Positions 36,386-46,583 of a DNA stretch of 64,000 bases are shown here, piece after piece (within the stretch, counting starts at the first letter, position 1; every line of letters begins with the position of its first letter). This DNA is from an uncultured bacterium (GTDB lineage: Bacteria; Babelota; Babeliae; Babelales; Vermiphilaceae): NCBI GenBank assembly GCA_963713925.1, contig OY970212.1:1120001-1184000 (forward strand), given 5' to 3'. The translations under genes were made by a program, and so were the position numbers. The notes beneath the pieces were generated by a model that was not told where the DNA came from, searched no databases, and saw only the letters and a list, made by a program, of their open reading frames with translations.

Positions 36386-38116
36386 ATGAACTTTGTCAGA
36401 AAAATCATGCTTGGTATTTGTGTTCTTTTGGGGGCATCAGGAACCATGCTTTATTTGTATCTGACACAAAACGAAACCGCACAAAGTTGTGCTCTATCAC
36501 ATGAACAATCACAAGAAATATCTCAAGAGGCTCCTCTAAATTCCAGCCAAGATCATGCCATCAAAACAATCAAACCTGAGCCACAAATACAATCGAGCGC
36601 AATTCCACAAAAAAATCCGTCCAAACAGACAACATACCCCTACAACAAACCGTTTTTAACCGGATTCCAATCTCAAAAACAGATTGTAAAACTCATGGAC
36701 AAGGATTTAGAAGTCGTGGGTTGCATACCTGAGTGGCTCTACGGCTCATATGTTGCTGTTGGCCCGGCGCAATTTGAAGCAGGAGAAAGCAAGGCTCACC
36801 ACTGGCTTGACGGACTTGCCATGGTGCATCGATTTGCTTTCAAAAAGGGGCACGTTTCTTATGCAAATCAATTTATACATTCCTATTATTTTAACGAGTC
36901 GATCTCAAAAGGAACTTTGACCAATTCGGCCCTTGCCTCAGATCCTAATGCTTCCTATTTTGCAAAATTACGTGCCGCACTTTCCGATTCGGATGATCGT
37001 CCGCCGTATGATAATACCAATATCGGAATTATCAATCACAATAATAAGTGGATTGCATTGACCGAGACTCCGAATGCTATTTCCATTGATCGCAACACGC
37101 TCAAATCTGATAATGAGTATGTATTTACCGATGATATTAAAATGCATACGATGAGTGCGCATCCTATTATTGATCCTCATACCCATGAATTGTTTGATGT
37201 GGGAACAACATTCGGGCACAAAAGTACCTACACTATTTTTAAATTGGAACCGCACAGCTTTAAGCGCGAAGTTGTTGCTCAAATGAGCACCGGTTATCCA
37301 TCATATTTGCATAGTTTTGCCATCACCGACAAATCGATCGTCCTCACGCAAGTTCCTTTCGTTCTGAATCCATATGACCTGCTTACTTCCTCAAAACCGT
37401 TCATTGAAAATTTTGTGTGGAAACCGCGCCAAAAAACAGCCCTCTCAGTTTTCGATCGGAAATCAGGTGAATTGATCCATACGTTTTATATCGACCCAAC
37501 ATTTATTTTCAATCATGTGAACGCGTTTCAGACAGATGATGTCATCACGCTCGATGTGATTACGCACAAAGATCCGTCAATGATAGCCGGATATAAAATG
37601 GCGCAACTATTCTCAAACAACCACTACGCGCCACCACTTGGCACCGTAACAAGAATTACGTTGAATCTAAAAACCGGGGTCGCCACTATCAAGCAGCTCA
37701 CTCAGATTGGTTTAGAATGGCCAAGCATTCATTTCGATGCGATTGGCATGAAACCTTATCACTATATATGGGCTTTAAGCGCGCAAGCACAAAATGATTT
37801 TTACACCATGATCGTCAAATATGACATTAAAAACCAAAGTTACGTCTCTTGGTCTGAGCCGCTTTGCTATCCAACAGAACCTACCTTCGTTCCAAAACCG
37901 GGTGGCACACAAGAAGATGATGGCGTTATTATGAGCGTTGTCTTGAATGCAGTAACAAAAAAATCATTCCTGCTCATCCTTGACGCGCACACCATGAAAG
38001 AAATTGCTCGAGTGCTCTTGCCGGTTCACGTTCCTTTTATAACCCATGGCACATGGATGCCTCGCCACAGAAGATCTTTGCCGGAATTCATTAAGGAAGA
38101 AATTCTTCGCAAATGA
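36386..38116 (+). CDS. Carotenoid oxygenase (RPE65/BCO family) with N-terminal membrane anchor
   Basis: IPEWLYGS, HWLDGLAM, four Fe-ligand His (SAHP, YLHSF, FNHVNA, THGTW), EPTFVP...EDDG. Confidence 0.9.
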   Translation: MNFVRKIMLGICVLLGASGTMLYLYLTQNETAQSCALSHEQSQEISQEAPLNSSQDHAIKTIKPEPQIQSSAIPQKNPSKQTTYPYNKPFLTGFQSQKQIVKLMDKDLEVVGCIPEWLYGSYVAVGPAQFEAGESKAHHWLDGLAMVHRFAFKKGHVSYANQFIHSYYFNESISKGTLTNSALASDPNASYFAKLRAALSDSDDRPPYDNTNIGIINHNNKWIALTETPNAISIDRNTLKSDNEYVFTDDIKMHTMSAHPIIDPHTHELFDVGTTFGHKSTYTIFKLEPHSFKREVVAQMSTGYPSYLHSFAITDKSIVLTQVPFVLNPYDLLTSSKPFIENFVWKPRQKTALSVFDRKSGELIHTFYIDPTFIFNHVNAFQTDDVITLDVITHKDPSMIAGYKMAQLFSNNHYAPPLGTVTRITLNLKTGVATIKQLTQIGLEWPSIHFDAIGMKPYHYIWALSAQAQNDFYTMIVKYDIKNQSYVSWSEPLCYPTEPTFVPKPGGTQEDDGVIMSVVLNAVTKKSFLLILDAHTMKEIARVLLPVHVPFITHGTWMPRHRRSLPEFIKEEILRK

Positions 38117-38118
38117 CG

Positions 38119-39889
38119 TCAATTGTATGACAACCCTTCAAATGGCTTGAGCAAGGTAATTCTTACCTTATTGCGCGCATCATCAACAACAATGCTATAT
38201 TCATTTTGAGTAACAATAGCATCTTGATTGTTAATAGGTGCCGAAGTTACCTGCTCAGTTGCCGGTTGTTCTTCAACTGTTGCGTATGATTTTGAAAAGA
38301 AATCTTGGAAAAAATTTTCACCCTGTTTAATTGGTTCAATACCACGGTGATAGAGTATTCCTCTTTGATCATAGGTATTTACAAACACATACAATTCTTT
38401 TTTGTTCTGTTTTGCTCCAGTTAAATACTCAATTTCACCGGCAAGTCGATTCTTTTCCATATTTTTTAATAATCGGATCGATCATGTAGCTGAAGGTGTG
38501 ATATAAGATGCTATGGGGATCTTTTCCCCGCACAAACTCTGGATTGAGCCAATTCAATATACGTTGATCATATGAAATTTTTGATTCGTCTGCTTTTAAC
38601 TCTTGATTTTTTTGAACAATATCTTCTTTTTCCACAAGAGCTGCTGCTAATTGAGGCAAAACCGGTTGCAGTGGAGACTCGGGAGCTGGTTCGTTTTTTA
38701 ATTCTTCCGCTGCTGGGGGACCTGGAACAACTACCGGTTTCTTTTTCGGCTTATTTCTCTCATAAATACAACTGAAATTCAACTCATTCTTCAAATCATA
38801 CTGGTTTACTGTTGGCCTGGAGGCAAGTAGCTTACTTACTTCCGGTGGGAAAACGGCATGCGAAGGTAAATATTCAAACCCATACATTACATATTTTGTA
38901 GGTTTATCCTTTAACAATTTTTTACTGTCCGTTAAATCCCTTTTAGCAATTTCATATTTTTTCGAGATCAAGTCTGTATATTTTTGCATCTTATCAAGAA
39001 GTGTTCCCATCTTGCTCTTTACATCTTTGAACTCAGCAGTAATTTTTCCTGATGTTGTCTCTATCGGACCACTATTGGCATACGCTTGATCCAATTTCGC
39101 ATAGACAACAAGAAAATCTGAAAATAACGGAATGTGGGGGATGATACTAGAAACGTCGGGAAAAAGCTGCTGTAAACATCATTCCGGCGATTCTATGGCA
39201 ATTGGTTGAATCTTTCCTGCCTTACCGATTTCAACGCTTGACCAAGCTTCCAATATAATAGGCATACTGCCCAATAATCTCGGTATTGGAGCAAAATAGT
39301 ATGAATGGATAAAATTTCCCACCAGTTTTTTTACTTCATCATTTTCAGGATTTGAAAATGCTTTTTGCAAAATCGGAAAAATCTTCTCTATTTTTGCGAC
39401 ATCTCTGACCGTGTCCAAATTGCCAACTGATAAAGCCATCGAAATTGCGGGCATCGACTCAAGAAGTCGAACTCCCATCACTCCCTGTTTAGGAAAGATT
39501 CCGATTCCATACGCGTCAATGACCTCTCGTCCTGCAAAATTTTTATTGAAATCGATCAGAGGTTGCTTTGGACTTGCAAGTTCGACAACCAATCCGTTTA
39601 TGAATTTATATTGCTCATATTTTTCGCTCGGACCTATTGCTGGTATAATGGCGCAAAAAAGTTCAACTAACTTCTGCTGATAAAGCAATAACGTTGAAAA
39701 CTGATGCAATCGATCACAATATTTTTCAACTTCTATCTTTTTTTGCTGATTTGTCCCAACTGATGGAAGATCTCGCTTGAAATAGGTAACCGGATCAAAA
39801 GTTTTGAAATCAACCTTCTCTTGAATATCGGCTGATTTATTGTTTGTAGCGATACATACTATTGCAACAAACAAATTTCTGATTTTCAT
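38119..39889 (-). pseudogene. Disrupted secreted protein (in-frame TGA at 39179-39181 plus frameshift near 38445) with C-terminal HxF...YHR domain
   Basis: ORFs 39179-39889 and 38435-39094 share a frame separated by a single TGA; the domain continues in ORF 38119-38460. Confidence 0.65.
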
Positions 39890-39938
39890 GCGACTCCAAC
39901 TATTTGTAAAAAAATCTGCGCAATTCGAACTCAGTTTA

Positions 39939-41888
39939 TTACAAGTAATATCCGCACACAACAACATATGTCTTGCCCTGTCTTTCAACTTGCTCGGCAA
40001 AATCAACTCGCGTACCACCGAATAAGTTATACGTTAATTTAGCCGGGCCACGTTTGACGCCATTAATTAAAAGACGCACATATGGTTTACCATTTTGATC
40101 TTTCGCATCCATCATATTCGTCCACGTCAACTCGGAGTTACCTCCGGTCGCAATACAAATGCCCGCGTCATCATACACCGTAATATATAAATCGCCACGA
40201 ACAAACGATCCATGCTGATCGATAAAACCGCGGAATGCCACAAGCGGTTCATTCATTTTCAAATAACTGACGGCCGAACGAAGCATCAATAAAGTGGTTT
40301 CTTCTTTTGAAACCGGGTACAATCCTGCGCTGATAATATATTTTTCAAGACCAAGTTGTATCGACTCGCTATATGCACTCTCAAAAGAGCCATGCACTTT
40401 AAAAGTAATCCAGCCGCCACCTTCAAGCGCTTTTGAGATAAGTTCTTGTATATAAAGGTGGTTATCTTCGTCTTTTGCTTGCCATACGTTAGCCCCTATG
40501 TAGTCAGGAGTTTTACCATCCGCAATAATATCTCCCTTGGGTGAAAGCACTGTGATGGTCAAATCACCGACATGAAACATGTTGTCTTTACGAGAAATGA
40601 ATGCTTCCACAGCGCGACTCTTTCCTTGTCGCTTCATATACTCATAAGCTTTTCGCACCACTTCGACAGCCTTATCTCTGGTCACTGTCGGATAATATCC
40701 GGATGCAATGAAATATTCTTTGCCTGCTCTATCGACGACTTTTTCGGCATATGCAAGCTTTGGAACACCTTTTGAGTAATAATCAACCCAAACGCCTTGG
40801 CCGCCGGATACTTTTAATTTCGAAATAATTTCCTGGTTCATTTTTTTACCGCGACTATCGGCATAATTCCATGCATTGGTCCCAATGAGTCCCGGACGAT
40901 CACCTTGCGCGAAGATAGTGCCATCAAAATCGAGTACATAAATATACAAGTCACCAACGACAAAACGCCCCATCGGATAGGTATAAGAGCTAAATGCTTC
41001 TTCAACGGGATACTTTTTCTTGATCACCAAATCATTGAACAACCCAACAGCACCTTTTACCAACCCAACAACCTGATCTTCTTTCGAATGTGGATAGTAA
41101 CCGGATCCGACAACATAAACAACGTCATCTCTAATCACCTGTTTAACGTAAGTCACTTTTATCGCATTCTGCCAATTATAGGTAAGCCACCCTGAACCAG
41201 GCTTTGCCGCTTTAATCATTTCTTGCACAATGAACGTATTGTACTGATCTTTCAGATCCCACATATTCTTCCATACATTTTCCGCTACTTCGCCGCTCGC
41301 AAAACAGGTGCCGTCATTAGTATAGACGAATGTATATAGCTCTCCCCAATGAAAATCGTCTGAATGAGTAAGAGCGTGAAAAGATTCGGCAAGATCATGT
41401 TCGGCCATATATTTTGCCGCTTTTTCCACTAAAGAAACAACCTGAGCTCGTTTTGCTTTAACATCAAATCCTTGTGCCGATTGGGAAAGCAATTCATTAA
41501 TAGCCGGTTCGAGATATACTTTTGTTTTTGATATTTCTGCAGCAACTTCCTTTTCTGCCGGTTTTGCAGCCGGTGTCTCTTTTGATACATTCGCTGATGG
41601 GCTTGGTTGAGGAGACGATGCCGGTTGTGGAGTATTTTCTGCCGCCCGAGCCTGCGTTGGGACAACGGGAGTTACTTGTTCCTTTTCTTGAGATTTCTGC
41701 TGATCCGGAGCAGAAGCTTGATCTTTTGCGCTCCCTGCTGCTTTTGCCAACTCCTCTTCATTCTCAGGCAATGTAATGTGAGTTGCCAGCGAATCTGCGT
41801 ATAATTCATAGATGCTGTGATTGCCACACAAACTCGTTGAGCAGATAATCATTGAAAAAAATATCATTCTATTCATGCAGTGCTTCAT
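39939..41888 (-). CDS. Exported protein with four tandem single-Cache (sCache_2-like) domains
   Basis: Four repeats of GxLY...G...D..G....E.I....G.W.....K........GxYP after a signal peptide and P/A/Q linker. Confidence 0.8.
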   Translation of the reverse strand: MKHCMNRMIFFSMIICSTSLCGNHSIYELYADSLATHITLPENEEELAKAAGSAKDQASAPDQQKSQEKEQVTPVVPTQARAAENTPQPASSPQPSPSANVSKETPAAKPAEKEVAAEISKTKVYLEPAINELLSQSAQGFDVKAKRAQVVSLVEKAAKYMAEHDLAESFHALTHSDDFHWGELYTFVYTNDGTCFASGEVAENVWKNMWDLKDQYNTFIVQEMIKAAKPGSGWLTYNWQNAIKVTYVKQVIRDDVVYVVGSGYYPHSKEDQVVGLVKGAVGLFNDLVIKKKYPVEEAFSSYTYPMGRFVVGDLYIYVLDFDGTIFAQGDRPGLIGTNAWNYADSRGKKMNQEIISKLKVSGGQGVWVDYYSKGVPKLAYAEKVVDRAGKEYFIASGYYPTVTRDKAVEVVRKAYEYMKRQGKSRAVEAFISRKDNMFHVGDLTITVLSPKGDIIADGKTPDYIGANVWQAKDEDNHLYIQELISKALEGGGWITFKVHGSFESAYSESIQLGLEKYIISAGLYPVSKEETTLLMLRSAVSYLKMNEPLVAFRGFIDQHGSFVRGDLYITVYDDAGICIATGGNSELTWTNMMDAKDQNGKPYVRLLINGVKRGPAKLTYNLFGGTRVDFAEQVERQGKTYVVVCGYYL

Positions 41889-41914
41889 ATATAACTCCCT
41901 TGGGCCAATCTCGA

Positions 41915-42601
41915 TTAATCTCTTTGGCGGCCAGTCAATCTCAAAATAAGCAAGAAAAGATTGATAAAATCAAGATATAATTCCAACGAACCTATCAACG
42001 CTATTTTTGACCAACCTTCTCTATCGACATTCATTGATGTTGCAATCGCCTTTAACTTTGAAACATCAAATGCAGTCAATGCAAGAAAAATGAAAACTCC
42101 AATGATACTTAAAACATAATCGACGACACTACTTTTAAAATAGAGATTCACCAAACTAGCAATGATAAAACCGATGAGACCCATAAATGCAATATGACCA
42201 ATGGTAGACAAATCGGCCTTTGTGTAATATCCATATACGCTCATTATTGCAAACATACCCGCGCTAATTAAAAAAGCGCTAAATAATGATGCCTTTGGAT
42301 ACATCAATAAAATGCCCGACAGCGTCAATCCATTCAAAGCGGCATACAGGAGAAAGACCCCGAGTGCTTGTATATATGACATTTTTTGAATAAGCATTGA
42401 AAATAAAACCACCAATGCAAGTTCTGCCACAATAAGGCCCATAAAAACAAAGCGTGTTTGAAAAATAAATGAAAAAATTGCAGGAACGGAAACAACCGCC
42501 AATGCTGAAAGCGCCGTGACTGTCAAACCGATTCCCATCCAGGCAAATACTCGATAGAGAAGATTTTGGGAAGTTGAAAGAGTTGTTTCTTGTTGATACA
42601 T
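41915..42601 (-). CDS. Bax inhibitor-1/YccA family membrane protein
   Basis: Seven hydrophobic segments; YTKADLS, LELYLDFINLFL. Confidence 0.92.
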   Translation of the reverse strand: MYQQETTLSTSQNLLYRVFAWMGIGLTVTALSALAVVSVPAIFSFIFQTRFVFMGLIVAELALVVLFSMLIQKMSYIQALGVFLLYAALNGLTLSGILLMYPKASLFSAFLISAGMFAIMSVYGYYTKADLSTIGHIAFMGLIGFIIASLVNLYFKSSVVDYVLSIIGVFIFLALTAFDVSKLKAIATSMNVDREGWSKIALIGSLELYLDFINLFLLILRLTGRQRD

Positions 42602-42741
42602 AGAATTCTCCTGAGATAAATTAGTAATACTTTTTTTACTATAGAATAGAGAATTACTTCTTGTCTACACTTGAGACTTGCGCAAAGATTTCAAGCTATG
42701 TCATGCTCAAGAAGTATAAAAAAATGTAAGGAGAAATTGTT

Positions 42742-43356
42742 ATGAATTTTTATAATACAATCGTTGTTGCAACAGTATGTCTGTTGTGCATCAATTGGGG
42801 AGGACAAGAAAGTATTGAGCGAGGAAAACACTCGATTAATTACTATGGGACTATCTTTCCGCGCGAAGGCGACCCAATTAAAGTCGAAAATATTTCTATC
42901 TCAAACATAACAAAGCAAATACCCGTTTATGAAGTCCCATCTTCTCATGAAAAAGAGGTTGACCAACAAGGAAAAGTGACGACAAACTATCTTTTAAGAG
43001 AAGATCCTCGCAAAGGGATAATAACTCGCATTGATCTGGTTGAAACAAAAAAAATTGAAGTTCCTGATCCAACTGAATGGAAATATACGCGTAAAAATGG
43101 AAGCTCCACTTCGTCATTTATAAAAATAGTTGTGACAACAAATGGTGAAACTCCCACAAAACATGATTTTCTCATTGAAGAGTCTCGAAAAATATTCTGC
43201 TCGGAAAATAATACGATTGATCGAGAAGTTCCATTCAGATCACTTTTGAAAATTGAGTTTGAAGGATATGAATTAAGAGAAGTTGAACAAGCAAAAAACA
43301 TTCGAAACCATCATGGAAAACGGCGGATGAAAACTCAATCTCAATCGGCCGCATAA
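42742..43356 (+). CDS. Secreted hypothetical protein
   Basis: RBS AAGGAG; signal-like N-terminus. Confidence 0.65.
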   Translation: MNFYNTIVVATVCLLCINWGGQESIERGKHSINYYGTIFPREGDPIKVENISISNITKQIPVYEVPSSHEKEVDQQGKVTTNYLLREDPRKGIITRIDLVETKKIEVPDPTEWKYTRKNGSSTSSFIKIVVTTNGETPTKHDFLIEESRKIFCSENNTIDREVPFRSLLKIEFEGYELREVEQAKNIRNHHGKRRMKTQSQSAA

Positions 43357-43488
43357 TGATGGGGAGCATCTATAGTTATATCGACACTACGCGCGAGACT
43401 CGTTACACTTAGATGCAGGGTCCCATGTGAAGCCATGGGTAAAAAGAAAGTAGCTAAAAGTAAAAAAACTATTGCAAAGGCTTAAAAA

Positions 43489-43806
43489 ATGACTCATGTA
43501 ACAAAAGCAAACTACAAACAAGAGGTTGAAACATCACGTCTTCCCGTTATTATCGATGTATATGCAAGCTGGTGTGGGCCATGTCAAATGATGGAACCAA
43601 TTGTAACCGCCCTAGAAAAAGAAATGGGGTCTGAATACAAATTTCTGAAACTCAATGTTGATGAGGCGCGAGATCTATCAATTGAATTCGGCGTCACTTC
43701 TGTTCCTACCTTCCTCTTTATTAAAAACAACCAAGTTCGTGGTAGAGAAACGGGATACATGGATAAAGAAGATTTAAAGAAAAAAATCACCGGCTATTTG
43801 AACTAA
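43489..43806 (+). CDS. trxA: Thioredoxin
   Basis: WCGPC, KLNVDE, SVPTF. Confidence 0.95.
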   Translation: MTHVTKANYKQEVETSRLPVIIDVYASWCGPCQMMEPIVTALEKEMGSEYKFLKLNVDEARDLSIEFGVTSVPTFLFIKNNQVRGRETGYMDKEDLKKKITGYLN

Positions 43807-43811
43807 ATTGT

Positions 43812-43843
43812 AGAGGCGCTTGTACAGCGCCTCTTTTATTTTT
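43812..43843 (+). terminator. Intrinsic terminator
   Basis: AGAGGCGCT-TGTAC-AGCGCCTCT followed by TTTATTTT. Confidence 0.8.
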
Positions 43844-43895
43844 ATCGGGCTGTTAGGGCCAGTCGAGTTTTAAAAACACAAAAAACAACTCCAAT

Positions 43896-44031
43896 CCGTT
43901 CGTGGTGAGTGTAGTGTAGCGAAATCGAACCATACGAACAGTTATGTGACACAATAAGAACAAATTTTTGATCAAGCAACTATTCCGTTCGATTTGGTTC
44001 GACTCCATTACATTACGCTCACCACGAACGG
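43896..44031. repeat. Inverted pair of family C repeats
   Basis: 43896-43939 (reverse) and 43985-44031 (forward). Confidence 0.75.
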
Positions 44032-44113
44032 AGTATTTTCTCCTCTAAAAATACTTACACGGGCACCATTTTTTCATGTCTACAAAACTCAACGGAACCT
44101 AAGCCGTGGAAAG

Positions 44114-44542
44114 TTATTTCATACTAAAAGGTGGCGCTTTGCCTGCATCACAGAGAGTTACACCATACAACGCCTCATCCTCACCTAATGGTATTACTTT
44201 CTGCCTGTAAGACATCAAACCCAACATATCAAAAAACTGCTCTGTTGTGCTAATATCATCGAAAATACCACGTTGCAAATCAACTAATAGGGCAATTCCT
44301 TGCGGGGTAACAATCCGAGCCGGCACCCCACCTTTCATGATAACGCCATATCCGCTTTTAGATTTAAACAATGGTATTACCTGCGCATTCGAACACAACT
44401 CAAAGGTACAATCCTTTGCTCGAGATTTAGTCATTATTTTGTACACCACAGAAAAAATTGAATCTCGTATAGGATCACGATCTGGAATATCAGCACTGAA
44501 AATGTTTGTGGCGAGCGCAAGAAATAGTAACTTTCGATACAC
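44114..44542 (-). CDS. Secreted hypothetical protein (paralog of 44603-45013)
   Basis: IFxxVxxIxxxSR and YxxIMKxGxPxxxVTxxG shared with neighbour. Confidence 0.65.
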   Translation of the reverse strand: MYRKLLFLALATNIFSADIPDRDPIRDSIFSVVYKIMTKSRAKDCTFELCSNAQVIPLFKSKSGYGVIMKGGVPARIVTPQGIALLVDLQRGIFDDISTTEQFFDMLGLMSYRQKVIPLGEDEALYGVTLCDAGKAPPFSMK

Positions 44543-44602
44543 TAAGATTCTCCCCTTTTAGGAAATACTAAGCCGATAGCATATTAATATCGCATATTTA
44601 TT

Positions 44603-45013
44603 TCATAATCTTGCAAGCGCAGGCGCATTTCGACCAACAGAATATCTTGTCCCACCAACCCATAACGTTAATGATGATGGTTTCTTTATCTCGCAAAGGT
44701 TCAGCGCTTTCATGACCCTTTCTTCTACATCGCTGAGATTGCCCCACACAGTTCCTATCAATGGAGTATACCCTCGTGAAGTAACGAGATAAGAGGGAAT
44801 TCCTTCTTTCATTATAATTTCATAATCATCAGCAGAATCTGTTTTAGCAAGAGACTTCAGTTGAGGTTTTGGATCCTCAAACCGTCCTTGCCTTGATCTC
44901 TGTGCAATTCTCACAACAGTGTCAAAAATTTTTCGACCTCTTGTATCCAAATCTTTATTAGAAGATCCAATCAATGGAAAAAAAGAAAAAGTTAATGCTA
45001 TCATTATTTTCAT
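44603..45013 (-). CDS. Secreted hypothetical protein (paralog of 44114-44542)
   Basis: Same shared motifs; RBS AAAGGA. Confidence 0.65.
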   Translation of the reverse strand: MKIMIALTFSFFPLIGSSNKDLDTRGRKIFDTVVRIAQRSRQGRFEDPKPQLKSLAKTDSADDYEIIMKEGIPSYLVTSRGYTPLIGTVWGNLSDVEERVMKALNLCEIKKPSSLTLWVGGTRYSVGRNAPALARL

Positions 45014-45026
45014 ATAAGTCCTTTCA

Positions 45027-46355
45027 TTATTTTTTATCAACAACAGTATATCCAAGCGCATGCAATTGATCACGAATAATATCAGCTCTCTTCCAATCTT
45101 TTGCAGCTCGAGCTTGAGACCGCTCATCTAACAGTTTTTGAATTTCGGGAGTTATTTCTTGAGCCGCTTCCGGTAATGGCTTGAGATCGAGCCCAAAAAT
45201 GTGTTGTATGACATATTTAACTGCCGCGCGCATTCGTTCATCTGTTGTCATGGACTGTTGAGATTCAAATATAACTCCCCAAGCTCCCGGTGTATTTAAA
45301 TCATCGAGAATAAATTCAAACATGCGTTTGACTACTGGATGAGATAATGCGTCTGCTTGCGTGATATCGTCAGTCGGATGATTTTTGAAAAAAGTGCTTA
45401 ACCGTTGATAGCTCTTTTGTAATGAGGCAATATCATCAAAAGAAAAATCAATTGGAGCTCGATAATGGTGGCTTAATATATAAAAGCGAATGACCATCGG
45501 ATCGAATTTGTTAAAAATCTCGCGTAACGTAAAAAAATTTCCGAGCGATTTGGACATTTTCTCTTTGTTGATCATAACAAAGCCATTATGCAACCAATAA
45601 CGCGCAAATGGCTTTCCGGTTAGTCCTTCCGTTTGCGCGATTTCATTTTCGTGATGCGGAAAAATGAGATCTGCTCCACCGGCATGAATATCGATTTGTT
45701 CACCCAAATATCGTTTTGACATCGCCGAACATTCAATATGCCATCCTGGTCGACCTGGCCCCCACGGGCTTGGCCATGAGACTCCATCTTTTTCACCTTT
45801 CCAGAGCGCAAAATCAAGCGGAGATTTTTTGATGTCTCGCACATCAACGCGTGCTCCAGCGACAAGTTCATCGAGTTTCTGGCGAGAGAGCTTGCCATAT
45901 CCCGGAAATGTAGCAATGTCATAGTAGACATCGCCATCAACCACATACGCCTTGCCCTTATCAATGAGTCCTTGAATGAAGGTAATGATAGTATCAATAT
46001 TTTCAGTCACATATGGTTCGATCTCAGGCCTGAGGCATGCGAGCCGATCCATGTCTTCATGATAGGCCGGAATAAAAGTGTTGGTAATTTCTTTATAAGA
46101 TGCTGCATTGCCCAGCTGGGCAGCAGCTCGATTTAAAATTTTGTCGTCAATGTCAGTGAAATTTCTGCAATACGTAACTGCATATCCTTGCGACTTCAAA
46201 ACACGAAAAAGCAAATCAAAGGTGACATAACAACGCCCGTGCCCCATGTGCGCATAGTCATAAGGAGTGATTCCACACACATACATGCTCACCCGAGCTG
46301 GGTCACGTGGTTGAAAATGTTCTTTGCTTGCCGTCAATGTATTAAATAATTTCAT
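45027..46355 (-). CDS. cysS: Cysteine--tRNA ligase
   Basis: MYVCGITPYD..HMGH, GRPGWHIECSAM, FPHHENE, KMSKS. Confidence 0.98.
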   Translation of the reverse strand: MKLFNTLTASKEHFQPRDPARVSMYVCGITPYDYAHMGHGRCYVTFDLLFRVLKSQGYAVTYCRNFTDIDDKILNRAAAQLGNAASYKEITNTFIPAYHEDMDRLACLRPEIEPYVTENIDTIITFIQGLIDKGKAYVVDGDVYYDIATFPGYGKLSRQKLDELVAGARVDVRDIKKSPLDFALWKGEKDGVSWPSPWGPGRPGWHIECSAMSKRYLGEQIDIHAGGADLIFPHHENEIAQTEGLTGKPFARYWLHNGFVMINKEKMSKSLGNFFTLREIFNKFDPMVIRFYILSHHYRAPIDFSFDDIASLQKSYQRLSTFFKNHPTDDITQADALSHPVVKRMFEFILDDLNTPGAWGVIFESQQSMTTDERMRAAVKYVIQHIFGLDLKPLPEAAQEITPEIQKLLDERSQARAAKDWKRADIIRDQLHALGYTVVDKK

Positions 46356-46583
46356 TGATCTCTCATTGCAATTTTTTTACGACTTGATGGTCGTTGGTTT
46401 TGAAATAAGGTTGAATAACACTCCATTCATTATAAAAAAAAAATAATAACTTCATAGTATAAGGTGGCCAATTTTGTAAAAACGGGTATGATCAGGATAA
46501 AAAACGAAATGGACCGCCAATCAGACCCACTGCTGATTGGTATAAAAAAGGATGTTGCCATCGAGCGCCAGGGAGCTTTTTAC

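Noticed and set aside
39179..39181. TGA recoding (alternative genetic code or selenocysteine)
   Set aside because: TGA terminates intact genes here (e.g. nusB), conserved genes have no internal TGA, and the same gene has a second lesion; a pseudogene is simpler.
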